64,000 nt of DNA from an uncultured Dehalococcoidales bacterium (GCA_964437795.1 CAYTIC010000001.1:86864-150863); one strand, 5' to 3'. Counted from the stretch's first letter, positions 17,128 to 27,159 are shown. Program-made: numbers and translations. The notes: a model not told the origin generated them from the sequence alone.

Positions 17128-17994
17128 ATGGACGCCATTAGCATCGCGACAAAGCTTATCGGCCTTTACAGCAAAAAGGCCCTCTCAGGCAGCGGTCAGA
17201 AAATCAAGGTAATCAGCCTGGAGGACAGCCGTACTGTTGCTTTGCGCAGCGGCCTTATACCTCTGCAAACTGAAATAGTCTGCTTCGAAAACAGTGTTAT
17301 CCCTATGCGCTACCTGCGCAACATGGGCACTATCGGCATCGAAGGGCAATTGAAGCTACTGCGCTCTACTGTGGCGGTCTGCGGCGCCGGCGGCCTGGGA
17401 GGCACCGTTATCGAGCTGCTGGCCAGGCTTGGTGTCGGACACTTAGTGATAATCGATAACGGCAGGTTCGTGGAAAACAACCTTAACCGCCAGATCATGT
17501 CGGAGGAGAATGTCCTGCGCAGATCAAAGGTGAAGGTAGCCGCCGAACGCGTCAGGCGCATTAACTCCGCGGTGGTTGTAACGGAGCGCCCGGCCTATAT
17601 CGATGATCCCAGCGTGGACAGGCTGCTGAAGCAGGTGGATGTCGTAGTGGATGCACTCGATAGCCTGGCCACGCGGCTGGTAGTTGAGGCAGCCTGCCGG
17701 AGGCTCGGGGTTCCTTTTGTACACGGCGCCATCGCAGGCTTCAACGGCCAGGTGATGACGGTGCTGCCGGGCGACAAAGGTCTTGCCGCCATTTACGGCC
17801 CCGGACGTGACAGCAGCGGCCTTGAGGCCATCACGGGCAACCCGCCCGCCACCGCTGCCGGCATCGCCGCCTGGGAGGTACAGGAGGTAATCAAACTGGT
17901 CACCGGTACCGGGACCCCCGTGCGCAACCGGCTGCTCTTTTTGGATTTCACCGACGGCAGCATGGACGAGATACCACTGGCGCAGGATATTTGA
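17128..17994 (+). CDS. ThiF/MoeB/HesA-family E1-like adenylyltransferase with a roughly 59-aa N-terminal extension
   Basis: VAVCGAGGLGGTVIELLARLGVGHLVIIDNGRFVENNLNRQ (nucleotide-binding Gly-rich loop plus the NLNRQ motif). No SD precedes the ATG. TATAAT sits at 17114-17119. Confidence 0.75.
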   Translation: MDAISIATKLIGLYSKKALSGSGQKIKVISLEDSRTVALRSGLIPLQTEIVCFENSVIPMRYLRNMGTIGIEGQLKLLRSTVAVCGAGGLGGTVIELLARLGVGHLVIIDNGRFVENNLNRQIMSEENVLRRSKVKVAAERVRRINSAVVVTERPAYIDDPSVDRLLKQVDVVVDALDSLATRLVVEAACRRLGVPFVHGAIAGFNGQVMTVLPGDKGLAAIYGPGRDSSGLEAITGNPPATAAGIAAWEVQEVIKLVTGTGTPVRNRLLFLDFTDGSMDEIPLAQDI

Positions 17995-18281
17995 GCATGG
18001 CAACAGTCAATATGAGGTTTGTCGGCCCATGGCGCCTTTATATGGGCGTGGAGAGGTTCACTCTCCAGGCCGACACAGTCGAGGACGCCCTCGAACAGGT
18101 TGAGGCGGCCTACGGCCACAAGTACCATGAGCGATTGCTGAAGGGAGGCATCACGGACAAGCGCAAGATAGGCGGTGACAGCAATATCCTGGTCAACCGC
18201 GTCCATATCAGGCAGCTGGCCGACCACAGCCTCAAGGACGGGGACAGCATCGACATCATACCGCGCTTCGTCGGAGGCTGA
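17991..18281 (+). CDS. MoaD/ThiS-family ubiquitin-like sulfur-carrier protein
   Basis: 96 aa ending ...DGDSIDIIPRFVGG* (C-terminal Gly-Gly). 4-nt overlap with the E1-like gene. Confidence 0.7.
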   Translation: MSMATVNMRFVGPWRLYMGVERFTLQADTVEDALEQVEAAYGHKYHERLLKGGITDKRKIGGDSNILVNRVHIRQLADHSLKDGDSIDIIPRFVGG

Positions 18282-18369
18282 CGAAGATCAACGTACGCTG
18301 CGGCCATGTAGTAACCCGATTTCTTTAGTGATAGAATAGGCGGAACCAGAGATTTGCAGGGAGTGTACT

Positions 18370-19872
18370 ATGTCTGCCAGAGAATACATCCTCTCCATAG
18401 ACCAGGGCACCACAGGCAGCGCGGCCATCCTTTTCGACCGTGATGGCAAGCCGGTTGCCGATGCAGACGTCGAGACCAGGCAGATATTCCCCAACCCCGG
18501 CTGGGTTGAGCACGACCCCAACGAGATCTATCAAACCTCGCTCAATGTAGCGCGCCAGGCCCTGGCAAAGGCCGGGGTCAAGCCATCCTCCATAGCGGGC
18601 ATCGGCATAACCAATCAGCGCGAGACCACCATAATCTGGGACAAGAAAACGGGCGAGCCTATCAGCAACGCCATAGTGTGGCAATGCCGTCGTACGGCCG
18701 GCCTGGTGGAAGACCTGAAAAACCGGGGGGTCGGGCAGACCATCTGCGATAAGACGGGGCTCATCCCCGATGCCTATTTCTCGGCCACCAAGGTACGCTG
18801 GATCCTCGATCATGCAAAGGACGGTCAGAAACGGGCCGAATCAGGCGACCTGCTCTTCGGTACGGTCGACTGCTGGCTGGCCTGGAAATTAAGCGGGGGC
18901 AAAGCGCATGTGACGGACTATGGCAACGCCTCGCGCACCATGCTTTTCAACATCAATACCCTTCAGTGGGACAAGGACATCCTATCGACGCTCAATATCC
19001 CGGCGGCCATCCTTCCCCGCGTCATCCCATCCAGCTTCAGTTATGGAGAAACGGCGGAGGGTATTTTCGAAGGGGCCCGCGTGCCGCTCTGCGCCATAGC
19101 CGGCGACCAGCAGGCGGCGCTCTTCGGGCAGGCCTGCTACAACCCGGGCATGTCCAAAAACACCTACGGCACGGGTTCATTCATCCTCATGAACAGCGGC
19201 GAGAATCCGATCATCTCCAAACGGGGACTTCTTACCAGCCTGGCCTGGGGGCTGGACAATAAAGTCAATTACGCGCTGGAGGGCAGCATATTCATCACAG
19301 GGGCTGCCATACAGTGGCTGCGCGACGGGCTCAAGATTATTCAAAACGCATCCGAGAGCGAGGCTCTGGCCCGCTCGGTGGACGATAACGGCGGCGTCTA
19401 TTTCGTGCCCGCCTTCGTCGGCCTGGGTGCGCCCTACTGGGACATGTATGCGCGAGGTACCATGATGGGGATCACGCGCGGCACCACCAGGGGGCACCTG
19501 GCCAGAGCTACGCTGGAGGCCATCGCCTTCCAGGTCAGGGATGTTATAGACACCATGAGGTCCGAGACCGGCATCGGCATACCGGTGCTGCGCGTGGACG
19601 GGGGAGGTACTTCCAACTCCTTCCTCATGCAGTTCCAGGCCGACGTCATGAATGTTCCCATCCAGGTGGCCGCCATACCTGAAACAACGGCGCTGGGCGT
19701 GGCCTACCTGGCGGGTCTGGCCGCGGGCCTATGGAAGAACAAGGAGGAGATAGCTGGAAAATGGCGGTCATCGGCCACATTTGAACCGGGCATGTCGGCC
19801 GACCGGCGTGAGAACCTTTATGCCAATTGGAAGCGTGCGGTGGAAAGGGCAAGGGGCTGGGCAATAAATTAG
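18370..19872 (+). CDS. glpK: glycerol kinase
   Basis: 500 aa. [31 protein letters not shown], and FGQACY...KNTYGTG. Confidence 0.9.
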   Translation: MSAREYILSIDQGTTGSAAILFDRDGKPVADADVETRQIFPNPGWVEHDPNEIYQTSLNVARQALAKAGVKPSSIAGIGITNQRETTIIWDKKTGEPISNAIVWQCRRTAGLVEDLKNRGVGQTICDKTGLIPDAYFSATKVRWILDHAKDGQKRAESGDLLFGTVDCWLAWKLSGGKAHVTDYGNASRTMLFNINTLQWDKDILSTLNIPAAILPRVIPSSFSYGETAEGIFEGARVPLCAIAGDQQAALFGQACYNPGMSKNTYGTGSFILMNSGENPIISKRGLLTSLAWGLDNKVNYALEGSIFITGAAIQWLRDGLKIIQNASESEALARSVDDNGGVYFVPAFVGLGAPYWDMYARGTMMGITRGTTRGHLARATLEAIAFQVRDVIDTMRSETGIGIPVLRVDGGGTSNSFLMQFQADVMNVPIQVAAIPETTALGVAYLAGLAAGLWKNKEEIAGKWRSSATFEPGMSADRRENLYANWKRAVERARGWAIN

Positions 19873-19886
19873 ACTGAAGGTGCAAT

Positions 19887-21488
19887 ATGAAAAGGGATTT
19901 TAAAGCGATTGCAGGAAAAACTTTCGATGTCATCGTGATAGGCGGCGGTATAGTCGGCGCAGGCGTAGCGCGGGATACCACCTTGCGCGGCCTGGATACA
20001 CTGCTGTTGGAGAAGGATGATTTCGGCTCGGGTACCACCTCGCGCTCCACCAGGCTGATTCACGGCGGGCTGCGCTACCTCCGTCAACTCGAGTTCGGCC
20101 TGGTAAGGCAGGACCTCAGCGAGAGGGAGGTGCTGCTGCGCATAGCGCCTCACCTGGTCTACCCGCTGTCCTTCTTCATCCCCATACCCAACCTCAGCCT
20201 CAACGTGGCTATGTTTCTGGGCACTACGCTCTACGATGTCATTTCCTTCGATAAGACACTGCCCAATCATAAATATTTAAATAAAGCCAAAACGCTGGCC
20301 CAGGAACCCGGATTGCAGGTCGAGGGACTGCAGGGCTCGTACGTTTACTCTGACTGCGCCATACCGCTGACGGAACGGCTCAACTGGGAGAACGCGCTGT
20401 CCGCTGCCGAATACGGGGCCACCGTGGTAAACCACGCAAAGGTCACGGCCGTCCTGCGTGAGGGCGACCGTATAACCGGCGTGGAAGTAAAGGATGAGAT
20501 CAGCGGGGAAGTGCTGCAGGCCAGGGGTAAGCTGGTAGTCAACGCAGCAGGCCAGTGGGTAGACATCATCAAAGAGATGCTGTTCAAAGACAAACCGCCT
20601 TTCCTGCGGCGCACCAAGGGAGCGCATATTGTAATACCACAGGTGTCGAAGCATGCTCTGGTGCTCTTTTCACCTCGTGACGGCCGTCTCTTTTTCGTAA
20701 TCCCCTGGGAGGGCTTCTCGCTTGTGGGCACCACGGATACGGACTATAAAGACGATCTAGATGCAGTCTATGCCACCAGGCAGGACGTCGAATATATACT
20801 TGAAGGGCTTCACCTTGCCTATCCCGATGTCGGGATCGACGACGTTCACTATGCCTATGCCGGATTGAGATCATTGGCGCTCAAGCCTGGAAAGTCAGCC
20901 TCGGATACTTCGCGCAGCCACGAGATCATCGACCACACCAAACGCGATCATCTTGAAGGCCTGGTGAGCATACTGGGCGGTAAGATCACGGCCTACCGCG
21001 CGGTGGCTAAGGACGCCGCCGACATGGTCTGCCGCAAGCTGGGCAACAAGTCGCGCTGCCTCACCAGCGAGAGGAGCCTGCCGGGAGCGCCGGCGCTGAA
21101 GCCCGCTGAGATAACCGATCTGGCTGGAAGAGAGAGCCTGTCAAACCTGACAGCCACGCACCTGTCCCGCATCTACGGTTGCAGGAGCGGGGAGGTCCTG
21201 GCCATGGCCGGTGACGATAAGTCCGGCCTGCGGCCGCTCAGCCCGGGAGGGCCCGATATCCTGGCGCAGGTCAGGTACGCTGTACAGAACGAGACCTGCA
21301 TGACGGTCGACGATTTCATGGTCAGGCGCAGCGCGGTCGGCTTTCGCAAAGATTTGGGTTATGATGCGGTAACCGCGGTTGCCGATGAGATGCAGAAGCT
21401 GTTGGGCTGGAGCGACGGGGAAAAGAGCCGGCAGGCGCAGGCCCACAACGATAAGGCGGCGCTGACAAGACGCTTCAGGAATCCCTGA
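19887..21488 (+). CDS. glpD: FAD-dependent glycerol-3-phosphate dehydrogenase
   Basis: 533 aa. DVIVIGGGIVGAGVARD, SGTTSRSTRLIHGGLRYL. Lies immediately downstream of glpK. Confidence 0.8.
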   Translation: MKRDFKAIAGKTFDVIVIGGGIVGAGVARDTTLRGLDTLLLEKDDFGSGTTSRSTRLIHGGLRYLRQLEFGLVRQDLSEREVLLRIAPHLVYPLSFFIPIPNLSLNVAMFLGTTLYDVISFDKTLPNHKYLNKAKTLAQEPGLQVEGLQGSYVYSDCAIPLTERLNWENALSAAEYGATVVNHAKVTAVLREGDRITGVEVKDEISGEVLQARGKLVVNAAGQWVDIIKEMLFKDKPPFLRRTKGAHIVIPQVSKHALVLFSPRDGRLFFVIPWEGFSLVGTTDTDYKDDLDAVYATRQDVEYILEGLHLAYPDVGIDDVHYAYAGLRSLALKPGKSASDTSRSHEIIDHTKRDHLEGLVSILGGKITAYRAVAKDAADMVCRKLGNKSRCLTSERSLPGAPALKPAEITDLAGRESLSNLTATHLSRIYGCRSGEVLAMAGDDKSGLRPLSPGGPDILAQVRYAVQNETCMTVDDFMVRRSAVGFRKDLGYDAVTAVADEMQKLLGWSDGEKSRQAQAHNDKAALTRRFRNP

Positions 21489-21534
21489 GTGTGAACGTAT
21501 CTACCCGCATATGTATGACCGCTGAGGCCGGGAT

Positions 21535-23070
21535 GTGAGCAACAATATAGCGCAATTCCTGGACAATAACGTCCTTCAGTTCGGCGAATACAAACAGCTC
21601 ATATACCTGGGAGAAGGCCATGAACAGTCCTTTTCCAACAGGCAAATACTGGAAAACGCGCGCTCCCTGGCCACCGGGCTTCGCAGCAACGGCCTCAAAA
21701 AGGGAGATATCGTAGGTTCAGTCCTGAGCAACATCCCGCAGATACCCGAGATAATCAACGGCGTGCACAGAATGGGCGGCGTGTATATGCCCATCATCTT
21801 CATGCTCACCCCCCAGGAGATAGGTTACATCCTTAAGGATTCCCACTGCAGTGTGATCATCACCGAGGACAAGCTGCTGGATAAGGTGATCGAAGCCAGC
21901 CGGGATATCGACACGTTAAAAACCATTATCCTGATCGGCAAAGGGTCCGGCAGCCGCATTGTGGATTATAACAAGTATCTGCACGCCGGTGATGCCGACG
22001 GTGACTTAACTGATGTGGATAATAACGACCTGGCCATCCTGATGTATACCTCTGGGACCACGGGCTATCCCAAGGGAGTCATGCTTAGCCACCATAACAT
22101 GTACAGCCAGATGAAGGCCGGCATCGCGGTGTGGGGCAGCGACAAAGGAGAGGCATTGCTGACAACGGTGCCCATGAACACCATTTACGGGGTGATAAGC
22201 TGCCTTGAGGGATACCTCAGCGGTTTTGTTAACATCCTCATGCCTCCCTTCGATCCGCGCAGGGTGATCGACGCCGTGGGCAAATACAGCGCCAGCGCAC
22301 TGCCGGTGGTGCCGGCCATGCTCAATTTCATGCTGCTGGTGTGGGACCCCATCACCGATGATTTTTCCTCGCTGGACCTTCTGATATGCTCGGGCTCACA
22401 GCTTCCCCTCGATACTCTCGACAAGGCTCAGCAAACTTTCGGAGTGGAGATCACGCAGGGTTACGGATGCACCGAGGTCGGAGGAGCCATCTCCCGGCAA
22501 CGGCTGGACTGGCCGCGCAAGCCCGGCAGTTGCGGATTCCCCATACCGGGCCTGACTGTGAAAATCATCGACGATGACGGCCGGGAGGTAAGCCGCGGGC
22601 AAAGCGGGGAGATTATCTGTAAAGGCCCGATGGTAACATCGGGATATTTAAACAAGCCGAGGGAGACTTCCGAGGCGATCAGGGGAGGCTGGTTCCACAC
22701 GGGCGACCTGGGACGGCTTGACGATGACGGCGAGATATATGTAACAGGGCGTAAAAAGGACATCATCATCAAGGGTGGACAAAATATAGATCCCGGCGTG
22801 GCAGAGAACTGGCTCTACCAGCATCCCGCGGTGCTGGAGTGCGCCGTGATCGCCATTAAGGACGACAAGTACGGAGAGGAAGTGGCTGCCGCAGTGGTGC
22901 TGAAGCCCGGGTGCCGGGCCAGCGAAGGCGAGATCACGGACTATTTATTAAAGCATATGCATCATTTCTACGCGCCCAAAAAAATATTTTTCATGGAGAC
23001 GCTGCCCAAAACAGGCATCGGCAAGATCAGAAAGAAGGATATCAGGCGAATAGTCGACCGGGCCCATTGA
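21535..23070 (+). CDS. AMP-dependent acyl-CoA synthetase/ligase
   Basis: 511 aa. AMP-binding motif LMYTSGTTGYPKG, GYGCTE, and the C-terminal GKIRKKDIR. Confidence 0.8.
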   Translation: MSNNIAQFLDNNVLQFGEYKQLIYLGEGHEQSFSNRQILENARSLATGLRSNGLKKGDIVGSVLSNIPQIPEIINGVHRMGGVYMPIIFMLTPQEIGYILKDSHCSVIITEDKLLDKVIEASRDIDTLKTIILIGKGSGSRIVDYNKYLHAGDADGDLTDVDNNDLAILMYTSGTTGYPKGVMLSHHNMYSQMKAGIAVWGSDKGEALLTTVPMNTIYGVISCLEGYLSGFVNILMPPFDPRRVIDAVGKYSASALPVVPAMLNFMLLVWDPITDDFSSLDLLICSGSQLPLDTLDKAQQTFGVEITQGYGCTEVGGAISRQRLDWPRKPGSCGFPIPGLTVKIIDDDGREVSRGQSGEIICKGPMVTSGYLNKPRETSEAIRGGWFHTGDLGRLDDDGEIYVTGRKKDIIIKGGQNIDPGVAENWLYQHPAVLECAVIAIKDDKYGEEVAAAVVLKPGCRASEGEITDYLLKHMHHFYAPKKIFFMETLPKTGIGKIRKKDIRRIVDRAH

Positions 23071-23102
23071 GCATATCGACGCGGTATAGCGGCAGGGCAT
23101 AT

Positions 23103-23132
23103 CCCGGCCATCTATCAATTGCCGGGCTTTTT
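23103..23132 (+). terminator. possible rho-independent terminator after the ligase gene
   Basis: CCCGGC (23103-08) pairs with GCCGGG (23121-26) across a 12-nt loop, followed by C-TTTTT. Confidence 0.45.
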
Positions 23133-23161
23133 CGATATTATTTATATAAGGAGGTACGGAT

Positions 23162-24928
23162 ATGAGAAAAAAGGTGCTGGCGATCACCGCCCTTTTAACC
23201 ATTGTCCTCAGCCTTGTGCCCGCCGGCGTGGCTATGGCGGCAAGCATGAGCTCCACCATGGGTACCAGCGGGGTTGAAGTGACCATTATCGGTCTCACCG
23301 ATGGAAATTCATACAAGATCAAGTGGGACGCGGAGACATACAAGCAGGGGGTGGTGGGAAGCGACGATAGCGTATTTTTCGTGGCGCCACAATCGTACGG
23401 AGGCCAGCACACGGTTACCGTGGAAAGCCCCACCGGCAGCCAGGTGTTCACGGGCTACTTCGTCATCATACCCAGCTTAGCCGTCGACCCCAGTTCGGGG
23501 TCCGCCGGCACCAGTATCAATGTAGTCGGCCACGGCTTTGGCGTGAGCGAGAAAAACATCGCGGTAACCTATGACGGAACGATAGTAAAAAGCGGCATCT
23601 CAGCCGATGAGGACGGGAACTGGAGCACCACTATCACAACTCCACCCTCCTCCAGGGGAGCCCGCAGCGTAGACGCATCAGGTGATTTCACCAAGGGTTC
23701 CGACGTAGCCGACAAGAGTTTCAGCATCAGCCCCGTGGTCAAGATGGATCCCTTAGCCGGCGGCGTTGGAACGCAGGTAACCATCACGGCCACCGGGTTT
23801 GCCACGGCCGAGGGCGGAATCAAAGTGCTCTACTCCGGCAAAGAAGTGAGGTCTAATATAACCGCCGAGGTCAACGGGTCCTGGAGCACATCGTTTGCCG
23901 TTCCTCCTTCCACCAGGGGCAGCCATATAGTCAACGTTCTGGGCAATACCACTACAGCCCAGGACATACCCGATATGATCTTCACGGTGTCCCCGGCTGT
24001 AACCATCAGCCCATCCAGCGGCGCTGTAGAGGACAGCATCAAGGTCGTCGGCAGCGGCTTTGCCAACAACGAAACCTCCATCGAGGTCACTTTCGACGGC
24101 ACATCCATCGAGAGGAGCATACTGGCAGACAATGACGGCAACTGGACTGTAAACGCCAAGGTGCCCCCCTGCGGCAGCGGGCCGCACACGATCACAGCCT
24201 ACGGCAGGATCACCCCCGCTTCTGATGTAACTCCAGCCACCTTTACCACGCAGTCGGTGCTCACCATTGTCCCCAAGAGCGGCAATGTCAAAGACGAATT
24301 GAGGGTAACAGGGTCCGGCTTCAACGCCGGCAAGGATTTCTCCATTTCCTACGACGGCAATCCCATTGCCAGCGGATCGGTTAACGAGTCGGGCAGCTTC
24401 CAGGCCATCTTCAAGGCGCCGGGCGGCAAAAGCGGTTCGCTGGTCCTCACAGCTACCGACACAAAGGGATCAACGGCCTCCACCACATTCACCATGGAGA
24501 CTAACGCGCCCGAAATCCCACAGATCGCGTCACCCAAGGACGGCGCTACGGTCGGCTTCATGGGCGACACCAAGATTGGTTTCAAGTGGAGCGATGTGAG
24601 CGATCCCAGCGGAGTTACTTACGACATAGAGGTGAGCGAGGGGTCCAATTTCGCCAAGAACCTTGTCTCCCACACCAAGCTGGTCGATGCCAAGTACACG
24701 CTGACCGAGGCCGAGGCGCTGCCCAACGGGGAATACTACTGGCGCGTGAGAGCCGTGGACGGCGCCGGCAATGCCAGCGACTGGACCGCTGCCACCGCGG
24801 TGAAGGTTGGTTTCGTGACCACCAATACCCTGGTATTCCTGGGAATCGGCATTGTGGTGTTGTTGATACTCATCATAGTTTTGCCCAGGGCACTCAAGAA
24901 GAAGCGCCCCAAGGGCGAATGGGATTAA
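23162..24928 (+). CDS. membrane-anchored surface protein with five Ig-like (IPT/TIG-type) repeats and one Fn3-like module
   Basis: AAGGAGG RBS and a signal peptide. Repeats of about 88 aa follow the pattern SP..G..G..v.V.G.GF......I.VtYDG..v.......dGnWst....P.s.rG.h.v. C-terminal TM LVFLGIGIVVLLILIIVL plus KKKRPK. Confidence 0.7.
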   Translation: MRKKVLAITALLTIVLSLVPAGVAMAASMSSTMGTSGVEVTIIGLTDGNSYKIKWDAETYKQGVVGSDDSVFFVAPQSYGGQHTVTVESPTGSQVFTGYFVIIPSLAVDPSSGSAGTSINVVGHGFGVSEKNIAVTYDGTIVKSGISADEDGNWSTTITTPPSSRGARSVDASGDFTKGSDVADKSFSISPVVKMDPLAGGVGTQVTITATGFATAEGGIKVLYSGKEVRSNITAEVNGSWSTSFAVPPSTRGSHIVNVLGNTTTAQDIPDMIFTVSPAVTISPSSGAVEDSIKVVGSGFANNETSIEVTFDGTSIERSILADNDGNWTVNAKVPPCGSGPHTITAYGRITPASDVTPATFTTQSVLTIVPKSGNVKDELRVTGSGFNAGKDFSISYDGNPIASGSVNESGSFQAIFKAPGGKSGSLVLTATDTKGSTASTTFTMETNAPEIPQIASPKDGATVGFMGDTKIGFKWSDVSDPSGVTYDIEVSEGSNFAKNLVSHTKLVDAKYTLTEAEALPNGEYYWRVRAVDGAGNASDWTAATAVKVGFVTTNTLVFLGIGIVVLLILIIVLPRALKKKRPKGEWD

Positions 24929-24969
24929 AGAATAACAGGTCTTTTCTTTAGAAGCATTAATAGCAATAG

Positions 24970-25005
24970 AAAAGGATGGATTGTCTTGTGACAATCCATC
25001 CTTTT
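24970..25005. terminator. strong hairpin, probably a bidirectional terminator between convergent genes
   Basis: Perfect 16-bp stem AAAAGGATGGATTGTC / GACAATCCATCCTTTT with loop TTGT, flanked by T-rich sequence. Confidence 0.7.
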
Positions 25006-25080
25006 CTTTATATCTACTAGTGGGATAGGTCAACAACGTTCCAGGGATCAGTATTTCCCGTAAAGGTACGCTTCCAATTA

Positions 25081-26184
25081 TTAACCCTTAGTTAGTTCGC
25101 TCAAAGCTGAAAGAAGGCTGGTATTCAACTGCCGCCAATCGCGTGGCGGTACCGGGGCGTTATTCCTTGCTACCAGCCTCAACGATCCCGTCGGGCAGGT
25201 AGAGTTGCATAGCCCGCAGCCGATGCACTTGCTATTATCGAATAATAATTCGTCGTCGACGACCGTCAAAGCTTCCATGGGGCATCGCTCCACGCAATCG
25301 CCGCAGGTGATGCAGCTTTCTGCGTCAAACGAGGTAATAAACCCGGAAACGGCCGCGGAGCCTTTCATGTTATATTTCTTCATGCTCTGCAGTATGCCGC
25401 AGTGGCAGGAGCAGCAGTTACAAACGAACTGAACATATTTACTCATGTTGCTGGAACAGTGAACCAGGCCGGCCTCCTCAGTACGGCGCAGGATTGCCCT
25501 CGCCTCCTCTTTGCTGATCAGCCTGCCGAACTTCCTCTCGGCCATAAACCTGGCATCGGGTCCGAACCCCATGCAAACGTCCTTAGGCTTGGTGCAGGGG
25601 CGCCCCAATAGTTCGCCGTGGTGACGGCAGTAGCAGGTGCCCACGGCGATATACTCCGCTTTGTCTATGTATTCAGAGACCTTGTCATAGGTATGTATTT
25701 CAAAAGTCGCGGGTATCTCTTTTTCTACTGTTATCACGCGCGCAACGGGGAAGGGGATGGGTGTCACATCAGGGTCGGAACTCACTCTATCCAGGGCATG
25801 AAAATAGTCTTCGAAGAGGTACGCCAGCTTAACGGCCCGTTCGCTCACGTCGCCGCTGAGAAACTGCATCTCAAAAACGCCGGGCAACAGCGGCAACAGG
25901 CTGTAATAGCGGACGTCGTTTTTATCAAAGGTGTATACGAGGCCCTTGTCAGCCATCCTCTCAAGATGCGCTTGCACAGGAGCGGGAGCTTTACCCGCCT
26001 TCTCAGCGATTTCGGCAGCGGAAGCGGGAGTAATAGGCATGACCACCGCCAGATCTGCCTCTTCCTGTGAGAATAAATAATCGATAAGCGCAAAAAGTTC
26101 AGGGCTCTTGATAGCAGGCATCGATCCGCCCCGCATCTGAATGGCCACCCTGAGATTCTCATATTTATGATCCGGCATCGTCAT
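25081..26184 (-). CDS. Fe-S protein: N-terminal winged-helix-like region, a Cys-rich middle and a C-terminal 2x[4Fe-4S] ferredoxin domain
   Basis: 367 aa. CITCGDCVERCP and CIGCGLCNSTCP, plus CYCRHH..C..C and CNCCSCHC clusters. The N-terminal ...EIAEKAGKAPAPVQAHLERMADKGLVY looks like a wHTH. Confidence 0.55.
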   Translation of the reverse strand: MTMPDHKYENLRVAIQMRGGSMPAIKSPELFALIDYLFSQEEADLAVVMPITPASAAEIAEKAGKAPAPVQAHLERMADKGLVYTFDKNDVRYYSLLPLLPGVFEMQFLSGDVSERAVKLAYLFEDYFHALDRVSSDPDVTPIPFPVARVITVEKEIPATFEIHTYDKVSEYIDKAEYIAVGTCYCRHHGELLGRPCTKPKDVCMGFGPDARFMAERKFGRLISKEEARAILRRTEEAGLVHCSSNMSKYVQFVCNCCSCHCGILQSMKKYNMKGSAAVSGFITSFDAESCITCGDCVERCPMEALTVVDDELLFDNSKCIGCGLCNSTCPTGSLRLVARNNAPVPPRDWRQLNTSLLSALSELTKG

Positions 26185-26215
26185 ACCTCAACATTATTGA
26201 TTATCGGGAAATGGA

Positions 26216-26292
<77 letters not shown>

Positions 26293-26304
26293 GGACCACA
26301 TGGC

Positions 26305-26333
26305 ATTTTATCAACGGTAATATCGATAGTCAA
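26305..26333 (-). promoter_or_regulatory. sigma70-like promoter of tRNA-Val
   Basis: On the minus strand: TTGACT (26333-26328), 17-nt spacer, TAAAAT (26310-26305). It ends 12 nt upstream of the tRNA 5' end. Confidence 0.65.
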
Positions 26334-26360
26334 GAACAGAGAGTCTGCCACGGCGGGCGT

Positions 26361-26591
26361 CTATGTTTTGGTCGACAGCTTGGCGTTGCCCGTCAGCGAA
26401 ACGTGGACGTTGCTGCCGCACTTGGGGCAGGTCACTTCGATTGTGATGACCGGCTGGCGCATGACCCTTTCTATGAGCGTGGATACCATAGTATCGAGCT
26501 GGTCGATGCGCTTATACATCATCTCGAGGCGTTTTTCCATTTGAGCCAGCTTATCAAGCTGGTGCTCGGCTTCTTCGAATTTCTTATCCAT
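26361..26591 (-). CDS. hypothetical small protein (coiled-coil plus C-terminal half zinc ribbon)
   Basis: 76 aa. Helical heptads followed by CPKCGS. Confidence 0.4.
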   Translation of the reverse strand: MDKKFEEAEHQLDKLAQMEKRLEMMYKRIDQLDTMVSTLIERVMRQPVITIEVTCPKCGSNVHVSLTGNAKLSTKT

Positions 26592-26679
26592 CTCCCGCTA
26601 TCCGCTCTTTTACTCTACTAAAGAAATAGAGAGGAGAAATCGCGGATTCCTCCTCTCGGCAATTCCCTTTATCCCGCGT

Positions 26680-27003
26680 TCACAGGCTCTTTTCCTGGAC
26701 CCCCATGGAATTGAGCTCGTCCCGGTCTTCCTTGATCTGTGTGTCAAGCAGGCCGGTCATCTTGGATTCCAACCACTTCTTGTAGGCTTCCTTGGCCTGC
26801 GGTGAATTTCTAACTGCGATCTTGGCGGTCTCCCATTCCTCCACGAAGAGCTTCCCCAGCGTTTCGTCCTTAAGAGGGAACTCTACGTCCATCAACGCCT
26901 CTGCCCGCTCGATTATCCTGTTCATAACCGCCCTCTTGAGGCGGTCGATCGAAAGCAGCTCCTGATCTTCGTAAGGCCGTGAAACAAATTGCTCAGTTGC
27001 CAT
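26680..27003 (-). CDS. hypothetical protein
   Basis: 107-aa helical, acidic ORF. GGAGG-like sequence upstream (gaacggaggtcgtactg). Confidence 0.4.
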   Translation of the reverse strand: MATEQFVSRPYEDQELLSIDRLKRAVMNRIIERAEALMDVEFPLKDETLGKLFVEEWETAKIAVRNSPQAKEAYKKWLESKMTGLLDTQIKEDRDELNSMGVQEKSL

Positions 27004-27118
27004 CAGTACGACCTCCGTTCATGCTTTTACTCACCTTATAATATTCTGCTGATTATGCAATGTCAAGCCATATAAATATCTCGTCGTTGTGAAGGCATCG
27101 AAGCAATCCCAGAATGCT

Positions 27119-27147
27119 TTGACATCCCTATGGCTGCGGGCTACAAT
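27119..27147 (+). promoter_or_regulatory. sigma70-like promoter of tRNA-Gly(TCC)
   Basis: Consensus TTGACA (27119-24), 17-nt spacer, TACAAT (27142-47). The tRNA starts at 27160. Confidence 0.7.
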
Positions 27148-27159
27148 GAGTCACTGTTC

